Part shown: in pieces, positions 54,133-64,000 of the stretch | Numbering within the stretch: position 1 is the first letter of the stretch | Layout of the letters: the number at the start of each line of letters is the position of its first letter | Virus record (IMG/VR): IMGVR_UViG_3300046777_001715 | Coordinates: 1-64,000 of that record | From: a virus | DNA: 64,000 nt | Reading direction: 5' to 3' (one strand) | Made by a program: the position numbers and the translations under genes | The notes under the pieces: generated by a model | Told to the model about the DNA's origin: nothing | What the model saw: the letters and a program-made list of their open reading frames with translations, nothing else | The model's database searches: none

Positions 54133-54916
54133 TGCAGCGGCTCTACAGTCAGCTTCTAACGCCCTAGGAGGCCTTATGAGAGGCTCAAAGCCGTCTGGGG
54201 TCATAGACCATGGGGGAACTGTCCAAAAAATTTCTGCGGCCCTTTATTACCAAACACAAGTAATGTCACACATGGTAACAGAAGCAACAATTCAAGAGGG
54301 TTTTGTTAATAGGATATATAATCAGATAAACAAAGATCTTGGAAATTACATTGATATGCAGGCAAGATCAAAGCCAAAATATCTGCACCATGTTTATGAG
54401 TGGGGAAAAACTGGAGAAAAGTCTGGCAGATTGTTTGAATTAACAAAAGAAAATAAAGGCGGATTTAATTTTTCAATGTCTTACAAGTTTAAGATGTCTA
54501 AAACATCAGTTCCAAAACAATCAACTAAAGGAAAGAATTACGTATTTAAAAATAAAGCATTTGTTATGGAAGCTGGAAATCCAGTTTTAATTACCCCAAG
54601 GACTCCAAGCGGAAGACTTGCTTTTGTTATAGACGGCAAAAATGTTGTTCTTCAGCCAGGCAGATCAGTAAGGGTGCAAAGCCCAGGAGGTAAGTACGTA
54701 AAGATGGGATTTGGAAACACATACAAATTCTTTGTCCGTGGAAACCTTATTCAAAATTCAATTAAAAGCTCTGGCGTGGAGCAGGCATTCCACCTTGTAA
54801 CCAGACAATCTATGATGTTGCCACCACTGGTAAGAGCAAAGGCTTATAGCTATTCTCCAGCATCCGTAAGAAATCTTGCACAGGCAGCAGTTCAAACAAA
54901 CGGGAGGAACATGTGA
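54122..54916 (+). CDS. neck/tail completion protein
   Basis: LHHVYEW; synteny. Confidence 0.6.
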   Translation: MASNAAALQSASNALGGLMRGSKPSGVIDHGGTVQKISAALYYQTQVMSHMVTEATIQEGFVNRIYNQINKDLGNYIDMQARSKPKYLHHVYEWGKTGEKSGRLFELTKENKGGFNFSMSYKFKMSKTSVPKQSTKGKNYVFKNKAFVMEAGNPVLITPRTPSGRLAFVIDGKNVVLQPGRSVRVQSPGGKYVKMGFGNTYKFFVRGNLIQNSIKSSGVEQAFHLVTRQSMMLPPLVRAKAYSYSPASVRNLAQAAVQTNGRNM

Positions 54917-55425
54917 TGGCAAACTATAAGCTAGATGCAGTAAATGAGCTTAGAAAATTCCTATGGAACGAATTTAAAGAGGCAGAGATTTTTGATGAGA
55001 CAGACTATTACTCAGACAATATAAATGAGACCATTGTCCCGCTTATCCCAGTTCAGCAATTACCAGAGCTCAATCAATTCTTGAGCGGGAAGAAGCACAT
55101 AGTCTATGATAAAACTGGAATTACCTATGATGATACATGGCTTATATGCAATGAGCAGGTTATGTTTACCCTATATTCAACAGACATCTCAGAAATCAAT
55201 GAAATGAGAAACTTTATCATTGATTTATTTAGAAGATCAGACGAATCTGCCAGAGATATTAACAATTTTATTGGAAATTCTTCAAAGTTTAGATTTCATA
55301 CTGTCTATATTGGAGATATTTCACCAACTGCCCCATCAGATGAGGTCCTAGGGTTCCTTTCTACAGATGTAATAGTAGAAATCAAGTATTCTAGGGATGT
55401 ATCTGTCAGTGGCAGGTTCAACTAG
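54913..55425 (+). CDS. tail terminator
   Basis: Synteny before tail tube. Confidence 0.6.
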   Translation: MMANYKLDAVNELRKFLWNEFKEAEIFDETDYYSDNINETIVPLIPVQQLPELNQFLSGKKHIVYDKTGITYDDTWLICNEQVMFTLYSTDISEINEMRNFIIDLFRRSDESARDINNFIGNSSKFRFHTVYIGDISPTAPSDEVLGFLSTDVIVEIKYSRDVSVSGRFN

Positions 55426-55529
55426 CCTTGCTTTATGAACCAATTTGGCCTATTATTGTACTAAGAGGAAACCCGCCTAGCCAGCATTGATTTTACAAAA
55501 ATTTTTAACTTTCCAGGAGGTGGAAATAA

Positions 55530-56171
55530 ATGGCATTTGAAGCTAAGAATATTATCGTTGGAGCAGCACCTATGTTCCTATCAAAGAAGGATTCAACAGA
55601 ATCAACTTACGCAACTGTTCTTCCAGAAGGATCAAACGTAACAGCTAACACATCAATCTACGACCCAGCAACCCGTGAACTCACAGGTGCACTAGGTACA
55701 GCTTATGCAAACGTTGGTTACACAAATAACGGTCTTCAGATTACTTACAACCCAACATACGGTTCAGTAACAGTAGATCAGCTTCTTGATACAGCAAAGT
55801 TGTTCAAGGAGTCTATGGAAGTTATGCTTGCAACTGAATTCACTGAAGCAACACTTGAGAACGTTCTTAAGGTATTTGGTCAGGGAGCAGCAACTCTTTC
55901 AAACGACGCACTCGGATTGGAAGCAGGAGCTCTTGGACAGGAGCCTACAGAGCGTCAGCTAATCGCTGTCGGTCTTGCACCACGTTCAGCAGCTAACAAG
56001 AAGCGTGAGCGTGTATATTATGCACGTCGTGTACTTTCTGTACAGCAATCACAATTCACACTAGCACGTAACAACCCAACAGTATTTCCAGTAACCTTCC
56101 GTCTTCTTCCTGATGCAGCATACGCAGGGGCAGAATACGGTAAGATTATTGACCGTTTGATTGAAGCGTAA
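55530..56171 (+). CDS. major tail (tube) protein
   Basis: NIIVGA, VGYT.NGL, VDQL.D, FPVTFRLLPD; strong RBS. Confidence 0.85.
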   Translation: MAFEAKNIIVGAAPMFLSKKDSTESTYATVLPEGSNVTANTSIYDPATRELTGALGTAYANVGYTNNGLQITYNPTYGSVTVDQLLDTAKLFKESMEVMLATEFTEATLENVLKVFGQGAATLSNDALGLEAGALGQEPTERQLIAVGLAPRSAANKKRERVYYARRVLSVQQSQFTLARNNPTVFPVTFRLLPDAAYAGAEYGKIIDRLIEA

Positions 56172-56202
56172 TTACAATTAAATAACAATTTAATATTGAG
56201 AG

Positions 56203-56226
56203 CAGACCCCCAGAAATGGGGGTTTG
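56203..56226 (+). terminator. intrinsic terminator after tail tube gene
   Basis: CAGACCCCCA-GAAA-TGGGGGTTTG. Confidence 0.75.
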
Positions 56227-56284
56227 TTATTTGCTTATGCTGGTATTTTTGCTATAATGATAAGGACGATCCTAGGAGGATAAA

Positions 56285-56617
56285 TTGGCAACAACAGTGT
56301 ACGACGTACAAGAAATTGAACTACAAAATGGCGCAAAGGTGAAGTTAAAGCCACTCACAATTAAGGAACTTAGAAAGTTCATGACTGTCATTCAGAAGAC
56401 AGCAGAAGTTACAGGAGAAGACGATACTCTAAACATTCTTATTGAAGCATGTGGTGTCGCACTAGAGAAGCAGCTACCAGAGCTTGTCGCAGACAAAGAT
56501 GCATTTGAAGATGCGTTGGATGTTCCAACCATTAATCGCATTCTTGAAGTTTGTGGCGGAATGAAGATGGACGACCCAAATCTTCTGGCGGCAGCAGTTC
56601 TGGCTGGTCAGAACTAG
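56285..56617 (+). CDS. tail assembly chaperone (gpG-like)
   Basis: Between tail tube and TMP; TTG start with AGGAGG. Confidence 0.8.
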   Translation: MATTVYDVQEIELQNGAKVKLKPLTIKELRKFMTVIQKTAEVTGEDDTLNILIEACGVALEKQLPELVADKDAFEDALDVPTINRILEVCGGMKMDDPNLLAAAVLAGQN

Positions 56618-56955
56618 ATCTAGCCGCCTTAGAAGCGCAAGTTTTTCTAATTGGTAAATGGAAAAACTTTGAAGAGTTAGAAGATAGTCTTTCTATGCCA
56701 GAGCTTGTACAATTATTAAAGGGTATAAGTAAAAAGGAAGATGAAGATAGAAAGTTCCAAGCTTCATTGCAAGGAATAAATCTAGGGGAGGATGCAACGG
56801 TTGAGGAAGAAAGTGAACACCCAACTTTTGAAGAGATTCAGATGAGAGCACAAGGAATCAACGGACTGCAAAACGATATCATCGGACTTCGTGGTCAAGC
56901 CGCTGCAACAAAAGGTTTCGGTATAAATCAAGGACTGGGGTATACCGAGGAGTAA
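56575..56955 (+). CDS. tail assembly chaperone C-terminal part (gpGT via -1 frameshift)
   Basis: In-phase slippery heptamer C CCA AAT at 56575-56581; second ORF is in the -1 frame. Confidence 0.8.
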   Translation, partial: PKSSGGSSSGWSELDLAALEAQVFLIGKWKNFEELEDSLSMPELVQLLKGISKKEDEDRKFQASLQGINLGEDATVEEESEHPTFEEIQMRAQGINGLQNDIIGLRGQAAATKGFGINQGLGYTEE

Positions 56956-56958
56956 TAA

Positions 56959-59900
56959 GTGGCAGAGAATATTAATACTAATATAACCGCTAATGCTGAT
57001 TTTTCTGGCTTAATAAGTCAGATACATAAAGCAGTATCACAGCTCACACTTTTACAGCAAAAATTAGGGTCTTCAAATGTTGCGCTTACTCAACAGATTG
57101 CTGCAACAAACAATGCTTTTTCAGACGTACTTAGAAAAAGCAATCAATTTAATACCCACTTTGTAACACTAGCAAGTGACACTGAAAAGTTTGGCAAAGC
57201 TTTAGATTCAGGAAAATTAAAATTAAGAGATTACTATCAGCACTGGCAGCAATACCATCGCCAGGCTGGTGGTATGATCCGTGATCTTGCTAAGCAACAG
57301 ACAGCTCTACAAAACGCAATTGTTCAGCCAATGGGAAGAAACCAAAAGGGACAAATGCAGTTCAATGTTCATGTTCCAACTGGAATTGACGAGCTGGCCA
57401 ATAAGACAAAACTTGCAAGAACCGAAATGTCTATCCTTAATAAGGTTATGCAAGATGGATCAAACAGCTTAATTAACTGGGGTAAGAATACGCAGTGGGC
57501 TGGACGTCAGCTGACTGTTGGCCTTACGGTTCCAATGGCAGCATTTGGCGCTGCAGCTGCTAAGGCTTTTAGAGAAGCAGATCAAGAGCTGGTAAGACTT
57601 ACAAAGGTTTACGGCGGACTTTCAAAAACTTCAGACGCAGAGCTTGGTAAAGTAAGAGCAGATGCAGTTGCAACAGCAAGAGAGCTTTCTTCAGCATATG
57701 GTGTTTCTTTTAAAGAGACATTGTCTTTAGCAGCAGATATTGCTGCTACAGGAAAAACAGGCAACGAGCTTTTGGGTTCTATTCGTGAAACTACAAGACT
57801 TACCGTGCTTGGTGAAATTGACAAGCAAGAGGCAATGAAAGCAACTCTTGCAATTCAGAATGCTTTTAAGCAGAACACAGACGAGCTTGCAAAATCAATT
57901 AACTTCTTGAACGCAGTAGAAAACCAAACATCTACAACACTTGAAGATTTGGTTGAAGCAATTCCTAGAGCAGGTACAATTGTTAAAGGTCTTGGCGGCG
58001 GAGTAGAAGATTTAGCTTTGATGATGGTGGCGATGAAAGAAGGCGGAGTTGATGCAGCTTCAGCAGCTAACGGATTAAAGTCAGCACTTGGTTCTCTTAT
58101 TAATCCAACAAAAGTTGCAAAAGAACAGTTTGCTGGATTTGGAATTAATTTAACTCAAATTGTAGAAGGAAATGCTGGCAACATTACAGCAACAATTATG
58201 GAGTTGCAAAAGGCGATGGAAAAGCTTAATCCATTGCAAAAGCAACAGGCCATTGAAACTCTTTTTGGTAAGTACCAGTTTGCTCGTATGGGAGCTTTGT
58301 TTGACAACCTAGGAAAGCAAGGAAGCCAGACACTACAAGTATTAGATTTAATGAAGGCAAGCACAGACGATCTTGCTCAAGTAGCAGGTCGAGAATTAGG
58401 GATGATTACAGAGTCTGCTTCTGGTAAATATAGAAGAGCCCTAGAATCTTTGAAAGCAGATTTAGCAACAGTTGGAGAACAGTTCTTAGGAATTGCAACA
58501 GGCCTTCTTAATTTTGCTAATGGGGTTGTAAACGCATTTAATAAAATGCCAGAACCAATTAAAAAGATGGTTACTTTATTAGGCGGACTTACAGCAGTAG
58601 CTGGTCCAATCATCATGTTGACTGGTGTATTTGCTAACTTCCTTGGATATGTGATGAAGGGCTTTTCAGCAATTAGAGCTTTCTTTAGTCACGCAGAAGG
58701 ATTTAAATTACTTACTCCAGAAATGATGGCAGCTAATCAAGCTGGTACATTAGTAGAAAAAACATTTTATTCAGATGCAACAGCCGCAAAAGTTTTAACA
58801 ACCGCATTAAACGGAATGCGTTTAGAAATGCAACAAATTGCAACTCTATCAAGAAGCGGTACGGTTACAGCAAAACCAATTATCGCAGGTGCAGCCGAAG
58901 GAGTCGGCATTGCTTCCTATGACTTTGCACACTATAACCCTCAATCTAAGTTATCCGAAGAAGCAAGACTTGCACAGACATTCCACACATCAGTTCCTTT
59001 AGACCCTTCAACAAATAAAAAGATTGGTCAGAATCCACAAATGATGGCAATGCCTGGAACAACTCTTCCAAATGTTCCTGGTCTTACAACAATCAATGGC
59101 GCAAGCACAGCAATTAATGCTAAAGAGGCAGCAAAATGGCATACTCAAATGACCGTTATGGCAATGCGTTCAAAAGATGAAATTATGGCAGTGGAAAAGA
59201 TTATTGATTCAACTGGCAAGTTGCCAGCAGAATTTATGGCAGACTTTAGCCACATTCTCCCAAAGATGGAAGCAATTACTTCAACAGCAGCTGCGTCAAG
59301 TGCTCGTGTAGCGGCAGCAGCACAAGCTGGAATACTTACAGTAGAAAAATCACAAGCAGCACTTACAGCAATCAATGCAAAGATGATTGAAAGAATGAAT
59401 GCTTTGTCTATTGCTTCTGGTGTACCTTTAGATAGAATGACAGTTGTTCCTGGAACAGGAACTACAATTGCAACTGGTACAGCAATTGATAAAAATACAG
59501 ATTACAATATGCGTTCAACTCTTCGCTCAGGCGCAGGAAGAGCTGGATCAATTACAAGTAAAATTGCTAAAGCAGTAGGAACATCTGTAAGAAGAATCAA
59601 GTTTGCAACTGGTGTAACAGCTTTAGGCAAGTTCTTGCCTAAGTTTACAGACATGAGAAAAGCAGCAGCTGCTGCAAAAATGTTAAGAGAATATTCCACA
59701 AGATCTGGTGGAATTGGTGGAACAAGAACTCCAAACTTAAGGCCACCAAAGCCTGGTAAGCGTGGAAGGAGTGGTGCTTCAACTGGAAAAGCTAGCGAAT
59801 CTGGCATGGGAACATCCTTTAGAGACTTTTCAAAAAGAGATAGCGATTTGTATGAAGATTCTTGGTGGAAGGAAGTTGGTGTAACTCCTACAGCTAAAGG

Positions 59901-62900
59901 TATAGGAGCTGATGATGAATATCTAGTTCACGCAATTACTCCTGCATTTAAAAAGAGAACAGCAAGCTTACCAGTTATGGGAAAGCAGTCCACCCCGTCA
60001 TTACCTAGAGAAAGATTTGATGAATTTAATATTTCAACAACATCAAAAGCTCCTTATCTTCAAGTTCTCCCTACAACATTTATAAAGAATACAAAAAGAT
60101 TTAATGATGCATTAAAAACTGGAGCAAGTCCAGATGATTTTAGAGAAGTAACTGGATCCGATATGGTCAGCTTCTTGGCCTTTTTAAAGGATCAAGGATT
60201 AAGGCCAGCACAAGCAAAAGCTTTAGCAGACAGAGCTGCAACACTTTTAAATCAAAAGGTTAAAAATTCCACAAACCCTATAACAGAAGAAGTATTTGGA
60301 GCAATGTTTAACCAATCAACTGTTAGAGCATTGCGTTCTGGGTTTATGCCTTCAATGCGTCCAGTAGTAAATACTTTTGGTTACGATAGACATTCAAGAA
60401 ACCGTGGACTTGAGCCAATGCCTTTCCAAAATGGAGTTACAAGACTTCCTGGTTATGGCGGAGGAGATACAATCCCAGCACTTCTTGAGCCAGGAGAGTC
60501 TGTTGTTACAAAAACAGCAACTGCTGGTAACGAAGGCGCAATTGCATTTATGAATGCTGGAGGAAAGATCCCTGGATTTGCTGGAGGAATTACAGCAATT
60601 GGAACTAAGATTAGTGCAATGAGAGCATCAAGAGCGGAAAAGCTTGCAGAGAATCCATTCTATAAGCCAATGGGAATGGGTGGAAATATTGCTGGATCTA
60701 TTGGCGGAGGAATAGCTGGAAGAATGACTGGGCTTCCAGGAGGAGAAATTGTAGGTTCAATAATTGGACCAGCAATTCTTTCAAGAATTATGGGTGTAAC
60801 AAAAGCTCTTTCTCTTGGAATTAAAACGGGAGCAGGATTTGTAAATACTCTTAAGATGATGGGAACTGCACTTAGAATAACTCCATGGGGATTGGCGGCA
60901 ACTGGTGTTGCAGCACTAGGACTTAAATTATTTAATATGTGGAAAACAGCTAAAGCGCAAAGCGATGCCGCAGCTCAATCATTTAAGGTAAATGAAAAGC
61001 TTGCAGGCCAATTGGGAATTAAATACACCACTTTGTCTGGAAAAATAAAATCTGCACAAGAAGATGCTAAGAGACAAAAGCAAATACTTCAAGCCGTTCT
61101 TGAAACCAATAGATTGGCAGGCGGAACAGGCGGACTTTCTATGACTATTAAAGAGCTTAAGGATATGCAGGCTCAAGCAAAGAAGTCTCAACCAGACGTA
61201 ATCAAGCTATTTGATGCAATGGATAGAAAAGATGTTGTTGCTAATGCTGCAGCAATGAAAGCACAATTAGTTGCAGGAGGAATGGCTGCAGATAAAGCAG
61301 CAAAGATGATATTTGCAATTATTACAGAATCTAATAAAGCATCTCAAGCAGTTGCTGCAATTTCTTCTAAGCCGTTTATGGAAATTAAAGATAAGGTTTC
61401 TGCAGCAACAGTTTCAGTAAGCACATTTAATAAAGCTATGGGCGTATATGGTGTAAATGGAAATGAATTGGCAGCAGCATTTGAAGGATCAATGGATGCA
61501 ATTGATGCTTACTACAATAGCTTAGTTGGGTCAAAAGACGAAACTGGAAAGATTATAACAGAAACAGAAGCTTTAAGAATGACAATGGAAAAGCTAAATG
61601 GTTCTGCTGCAACGAATAGGCAACTTGGACAATACAATTTAAATCTTATCCTTAAGCAAAAGCCAGAGCTTAAGGGAATTCTTTCTGCAACAGATTCAAC
61701 TGCAGATGCATATGCAAAGATTAAGCTATACACATCTGGAGTAGTAGATGATCTAAGCAAGATAAGTGGAATGCAAGCTCAAGCAATGCTTGCAGTTCAA
61801 AATGCTGTATCTCAAAATGCTACCGCTATGACAACAGATACCTCTATTAAGAATAACCCACTAGCTAGCTTAGCAGGACTCGGTGCAGAAGCAGCAAAAG
61901 CTTCTAAGACAGCTGCAGCACAAGCAGCCGCAGCATCAAGAGCTGCACAAAGAGATATCTCAAAAGAAGCAGCACTAATTGATAAGAAGATTGCTGCAAT
62001 TAAAAAAGAGGCGGATGCAAGAAAGAAAGCGCTTCAAGAGCAGCAAGATGCTGCAGACGTAGGACTTGCAATACAAGAACAGCAGCTTAGGTATCAAAAT
62101 GCTTTAGCAACTGGCAATATGAATGAGGCAGCTTCAGCTCAAATTGAAATTCAAAGACTTAGTGGTCAACATCAAAATAAGTTGGCTCAAACAGCAATTG
62201 AAGATAAGGCAAATAAAGATACAGAAGCTCTTCAAAATAAAAAGGCTGGACTGGAAGCATCACTTGCAGCTGCACAAAAAGCAGCAGCAGCAGCGGCAGA
62301 AAAAGCTTCTCTTGCTGCTGAAAGAGATTCAACAATTAAAACAATTCAGTCAACAATTGGAACTCTTATTACAAATGCTGGTCTTACAAACGATAAGGAC
62401 AAGATTGAGGCATACGGATACCAACTAAGAGATCAACTAGATGCACTCAGAAAGCTTGGAAAGGCTGGTGTAGCAGCAGCTAACGCTATTGCAATGCCAA
62501 CAACAATGTCTTACAACGGTTCATCATTAACAACAAAGCCACAGGATTATTCAAAGGTCATACAAGAACTTGCAAAGAAGAATCTTGAGTCTACAGCGGC
62601 AACTGGAAAGTTTAGTGGTTCTGTAGACGACTTTAAAAAAGCTGTTTCAGATTTCCAAATTGCAGCAGGTGGCGGAACATCAAAGTCAAGCGCTATCTCA
62701 ATTGATTACAATGCTAAGTATAGAAAAGACCCTAAAAAACAAAATATTCTAGATGATGATTCAAAGAAAGCAATTGTAAAAGATTATGGATTTAAGGCTG
62801 GACAGTATTTTGAATACGACGGAAGAGTTTATCGTGTTAAGTCAGCCACAGATATTGTGGCACAAAATTACGCAGAAGGTGGAGCAATTTACGGAGCAGG

Positions 62901-63249
62901 ATCATCAACATCAGATTCAATTCCAGCAATGCTTTCAAACGGAGAATTTGTTGTAAAGGCTTCAGCTGTTCAAAAGTATGGTGTCGGAACAATGGAAGCA
63001 ATTAATTCTATGAAATATGCTGCTGGAGGAATGGTTTCTTCATACGGTAGCGCAAATAAATATGCTACTGGAGGAAGAATTAGATTCAACGATGGCGGTA
63101 TGGCAGGAAATGCTATTGGAACTAATGTGGTAATAAATAATGACATTACTGTTAATGGAACTAATTTGACTGGACAAGAAATTGCACAGGCTATAATGGT
63201 AGAACAAAACAGACAAATTTCAATGTCTGGAAAGCAGAGGAACTTCTAA
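56959..63249 (+). CDS. tape measure protein (TP901-type)
   Basis: 2096 aa, Ala-rich helical, DSIPAMLSNGEFVV. Confidence 0.92.
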   Translation: MAENINTNITANADFSGLISQIHKAVSQLTLLQQKLGSSNVALTQQIAATNNAFSDVLRKSNQFNTHFVTLASDTEKFGKALDSGKLKLRDYYQHWQQYHRQAGGMIRDLAKQQTALQNAIVQPMGRNQKGQMQFNVHVPTGIDELANKTKLARTEMSILNKVMQDGSNSLINWGKNTQWAGRQLTVGLTVPMAAFGAAAAKAFREADQELVRLTKVYGGLSKTSDAELGKVRADAVATARELSSAYGVSFKETLSLAADIAATGKTGNELLGSIRETTRLTVLGEIDKQEAMKATLAIQNAFKQNTDELAKSINFLNAVENQTSTTLEDLVEAIPRAGTIVKGLGGGVEDLALMMVAMKEGGVDAASAANGLKSALGSLINPTKVAKEQFAGFGINLTQIVEGNAGNITATIMELQKAMEKLNPLQKQQAIETLFGKYQFARMGALFDNLGKQGSQTLQVLDLMKASTDDLAQVAGRELGMITESASGKYRRALESLKADLATVGEQFLGIATGLLNFANGVVNAFNKMPEPIKKMVTLLGGLTAVAGPIIMLTGVFANFLGYVMKGFSAIRAFFSHAEGFKLLTPEMMAANQAGTLVEKTFYSDATAAKVLTTALNGMRLEMQQIATLSRSGTVTAKPIIAGAAEGVGIASYDFAHYNPQSKLSEEARLAQTFHTSVPLDPSTNKKIGQNPQMMAMPGTTLPNVPGLTTINGASTAINAKEAAKWHTQMTVMAMRSKDEIMAVEKIIDSTGKLPAEFMADFSHILPKMEAITSTAAASSARVAAAAQAGILTVEKSQAALTAINAKMIERMNALSIASGVPLDRMTVVPGTGTTIATGTAIDKNTDYNMRSTLRSGAGRAGSITSKIAKAVGTSVRRIKFATGVTALGKFLPKFTDMRKAAAAAKMLREYSTRSGGIGGTRTPNLRPPKPGKRGRSGASTGKASESGMGTSFRDFSKRDSDLYEDSWWKEVGVTPTAKGIGADDEYLVHAITPAFKKRTASLPVMGKQSTPSLPRERFDEFNISTTSKAPYLQVLPTTFIKNTKRFNDALKTGASPDDFREVTGSDMVSFLAFLKDQGLRPAQAKALADRAATLLNQKVKNSTNPITEEVFGAMFNQSTVRALRSGFMPSMRPVVNTFGYDRHSRNRGLEPMPFQNGVTRLPGYGGGDTIPALLEPGESVVTKTATAGNEGAIAFMNAGGKIPGFAGGITAIGTKISAMRASRAEKLAENPFYKPMGMGGNIAGSIGGGIAGRMTGLPGGEIVGSIIGPAILSRIMGVTKALSLGIKTGAGFVNTLKMMGTALRITPWGLAATGVAALGLKLFNMWKTAKAQSDAAAQSFKVNEKLAGQLGIKYTTLSGKIKSAQEDAKRQKQILQAVLETNRLAGGTGGLSMTIKELKDMQAQAKKSQPDVIKLFDAMDRKDVVANAAAMKAQLVAGGMAADKAAKMIFAIITESNKASQAVAAISSKPFMEIKDKVSAATVSVSTFNKAMGVYGVNGNELAAAFEGSMDAIDAYYNSLVGSKDETGKIITETEALRMTMEKLNGSAATNRQLGQYNLNLILKQKPELKGILSATDSTADAYAKIKLYTSGVVDDLSKISGMQAQAMLAVQNAVSQNATAMTTDTSIKNNPLASLAGLGAEAAKASKTAAAQAAAASRAAQRDISKEAALIDKKIAAIKKEADARKKALQEQQDAADVGLAIQEQQLRYQNALATGNMNEAASAQIEIQRLSGQHQNKLAQTAIEDKANKDTEALQNKKAGLEASLAAAQKAAAAAAEKASLAAERDSTIKTIQSTIGTLITNAGLTNDKDKIEAYGYQLRDQLDALRKLGKAGVAAANAIAMPTTMSYNGSSLTTKPQDYSKVIQELAKKNLESTAATGKFSGSVDDFKKAVSDFQIAAGGGTSKSSAISIDYNAKYRKDPKKQNILDDDSKKAIVKDYGFKAGQYFEYDGRVYRVKSATDIVAQNYAEGGAIYGAGSSTSDSIPAMLSNGEFVVKASAVQKYGVGTMEAINSMKYAAGGMVSSYGSANKYATGGRIRFNDGGMAGNAIGTNVVINNDITVNGTNLTGQEIAQAIMVEQNRQISMSGKQRNF

Positions 63250-63707
63250 TGGCTACAGTATATCTTCCACAAGGGTCAGTATTGTTTATTGATAATTCAA
63301 CATCTGGCGCTGCAACATGGCAAAAGGTTACAGAGCATAATAGGTCTGCAATTGCAATGGATACAGAAAGATTTGAAAAGGTTCAAAGAATGTCCAACGG
63401 AACATTGAGAAAGATATTTATAGCTGACAAAAAAACATTTAATACTGCCTGGTCAATGTTGCCTTCATATAGTACAATGACAGTAGATGGTGGTTGGGGA
63501 GCAGAAGACATTAGGTCTTTCTATCATAGCGCAAAAGGTCAAGGAACATTTAAAATTAAGATTGCATATAGTGCAGCAAGAACTGAAGAATTTACAGTTT
63601 CGTTTACATCGGCTAACTTTACTATTGTAAAAAGAAACGTTAAGGCAAAAACATCTGACGCTGCACAAGAATTCTGGGATGTTAACTTTGCACTGGAAGA
63701 GGTATAA
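63249..63707 (+). CDS. distal tail/minor tail protein
   Basis: RM.NGTLR, ...LEEV end, follows TMP. Confidence 0.7.
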   Translation: MATVYLPQGSVLFIDNSTSGAATWQKVTEHNRSAIAMDTERFEKVQRMSNGTLRKIFIADKKTFNTAWSMLPSYSTMTVDGGWGAEDIRSFYHSAKGQGTFKIKIAYSAARTEEFTVSFTSANFTIVKRNVKAKTSDAAQEFWDVNFALEEV

Positions 63708-64000
63708 TGATTCCAGTTGTGCAAGGGGTAAAAGACCTACTAAATAAAAATACATCTTTATCCATAGGGGCTGGTGCCACAATGGATATTAATGTCAACT
63801 CCATGGTTTCATTTACACCCACATCAATTACTGGAACAGAGTATCAAACAATTAATGGGCGTCAGCCATTTAAAAAGTTATTTCCTTTAGATACAATTAT
63901 TAAGCCTTCAAGACCACAGCTTGCTGGAATTAAATATGGAATTTCTGGAGACATTCAAACTAAAACATATGCTGATCCAAAATCGGTTGACTATAAGCCA
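63707..64000 (+). CDS. minor tail protein (partial, runs off window)
   Basis: TAATG-coupled ORF MIPVVQGVKD... Confidence 0.6.
   Translation, partial: MIPVVQGVKDLLNKNTSLSIGAGATMDINVNSMVSFTPTSITGTEYQTINGRQPFKKLFPLDTIIKPSRPQLAGIKYGISGDIQTKTYADPKSVDYKP

Noticed and set aside
62265-62300. GCA trinucleotide run
   Set aside because: Simply encodes the Ala-rich helix of the tape measure protein.
739-63782. Many antisense or alternate-frame ORFs in the track (e.g. 739+, 10157-, 39877+, 50502-)
   Set aside because: They overlap well-supported genes, lack RBSs and look like shadow frames.

Overview
A 64 kb segment of a large, AT-rich tailed dsDNA phage (siphovirus-type morphogenesis genes). The host is probably a low-GC, possibly freshwater, actinobacterium: GAAAGG-type RBSs, many leaderless starts, PASTA domains, an actinophage-type holin and actinobacterial regulatory motifs all point that way. 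(1) 1-10 kb: about 35 small leftward genes typical of an early/host-takeover region, plus DUF932, a gp88-like Fe-S protein and tRNA-Asp(GTC). They are driven by at least 15 copies of a promoter with invariant geometry, TGTCRGnn-N8-TAnnnT, which matches the actinobacterial RecA-NDp/PafBC DNA-damage promoter. Many copies sit in a repeated cassette that also carries helically phased CRP/GlxR boxes, paired DnaA boxes, GACACGCC (WhiA-like) sites and a CCCGCA..TGCGGG palindrome. This is the most striking feature of the window. (2) 10-17.8 kb: small genes, a candidate sRNA, lytic transglycosylase, GT4 glycosyltransferase, class II ribonucleotide reductase and holin. (3) 17.9-47.8 kb: a very large block of fibre/appendage genes (collagen-like, Gly-rich, PASTA/FN3, LamG) with two embedded enzyme cassettes: a PASTA-repeat-Hint protein followed by 2OG-Fe(II) oxygenases, and a beta-propeller protein followed by a U32/methyltransferase fusion and a permease. 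(4) 47.8-64 kb: portal, prohead protease/scaffold, major capsid, head-tail connectors, tail tube, -1 frameshifted tail assembly chaperones, tape measure and distal tail. No terminase, integrase or CRISPR array is visible in this window. All family calls are from motif recognition by eye, not database searches.
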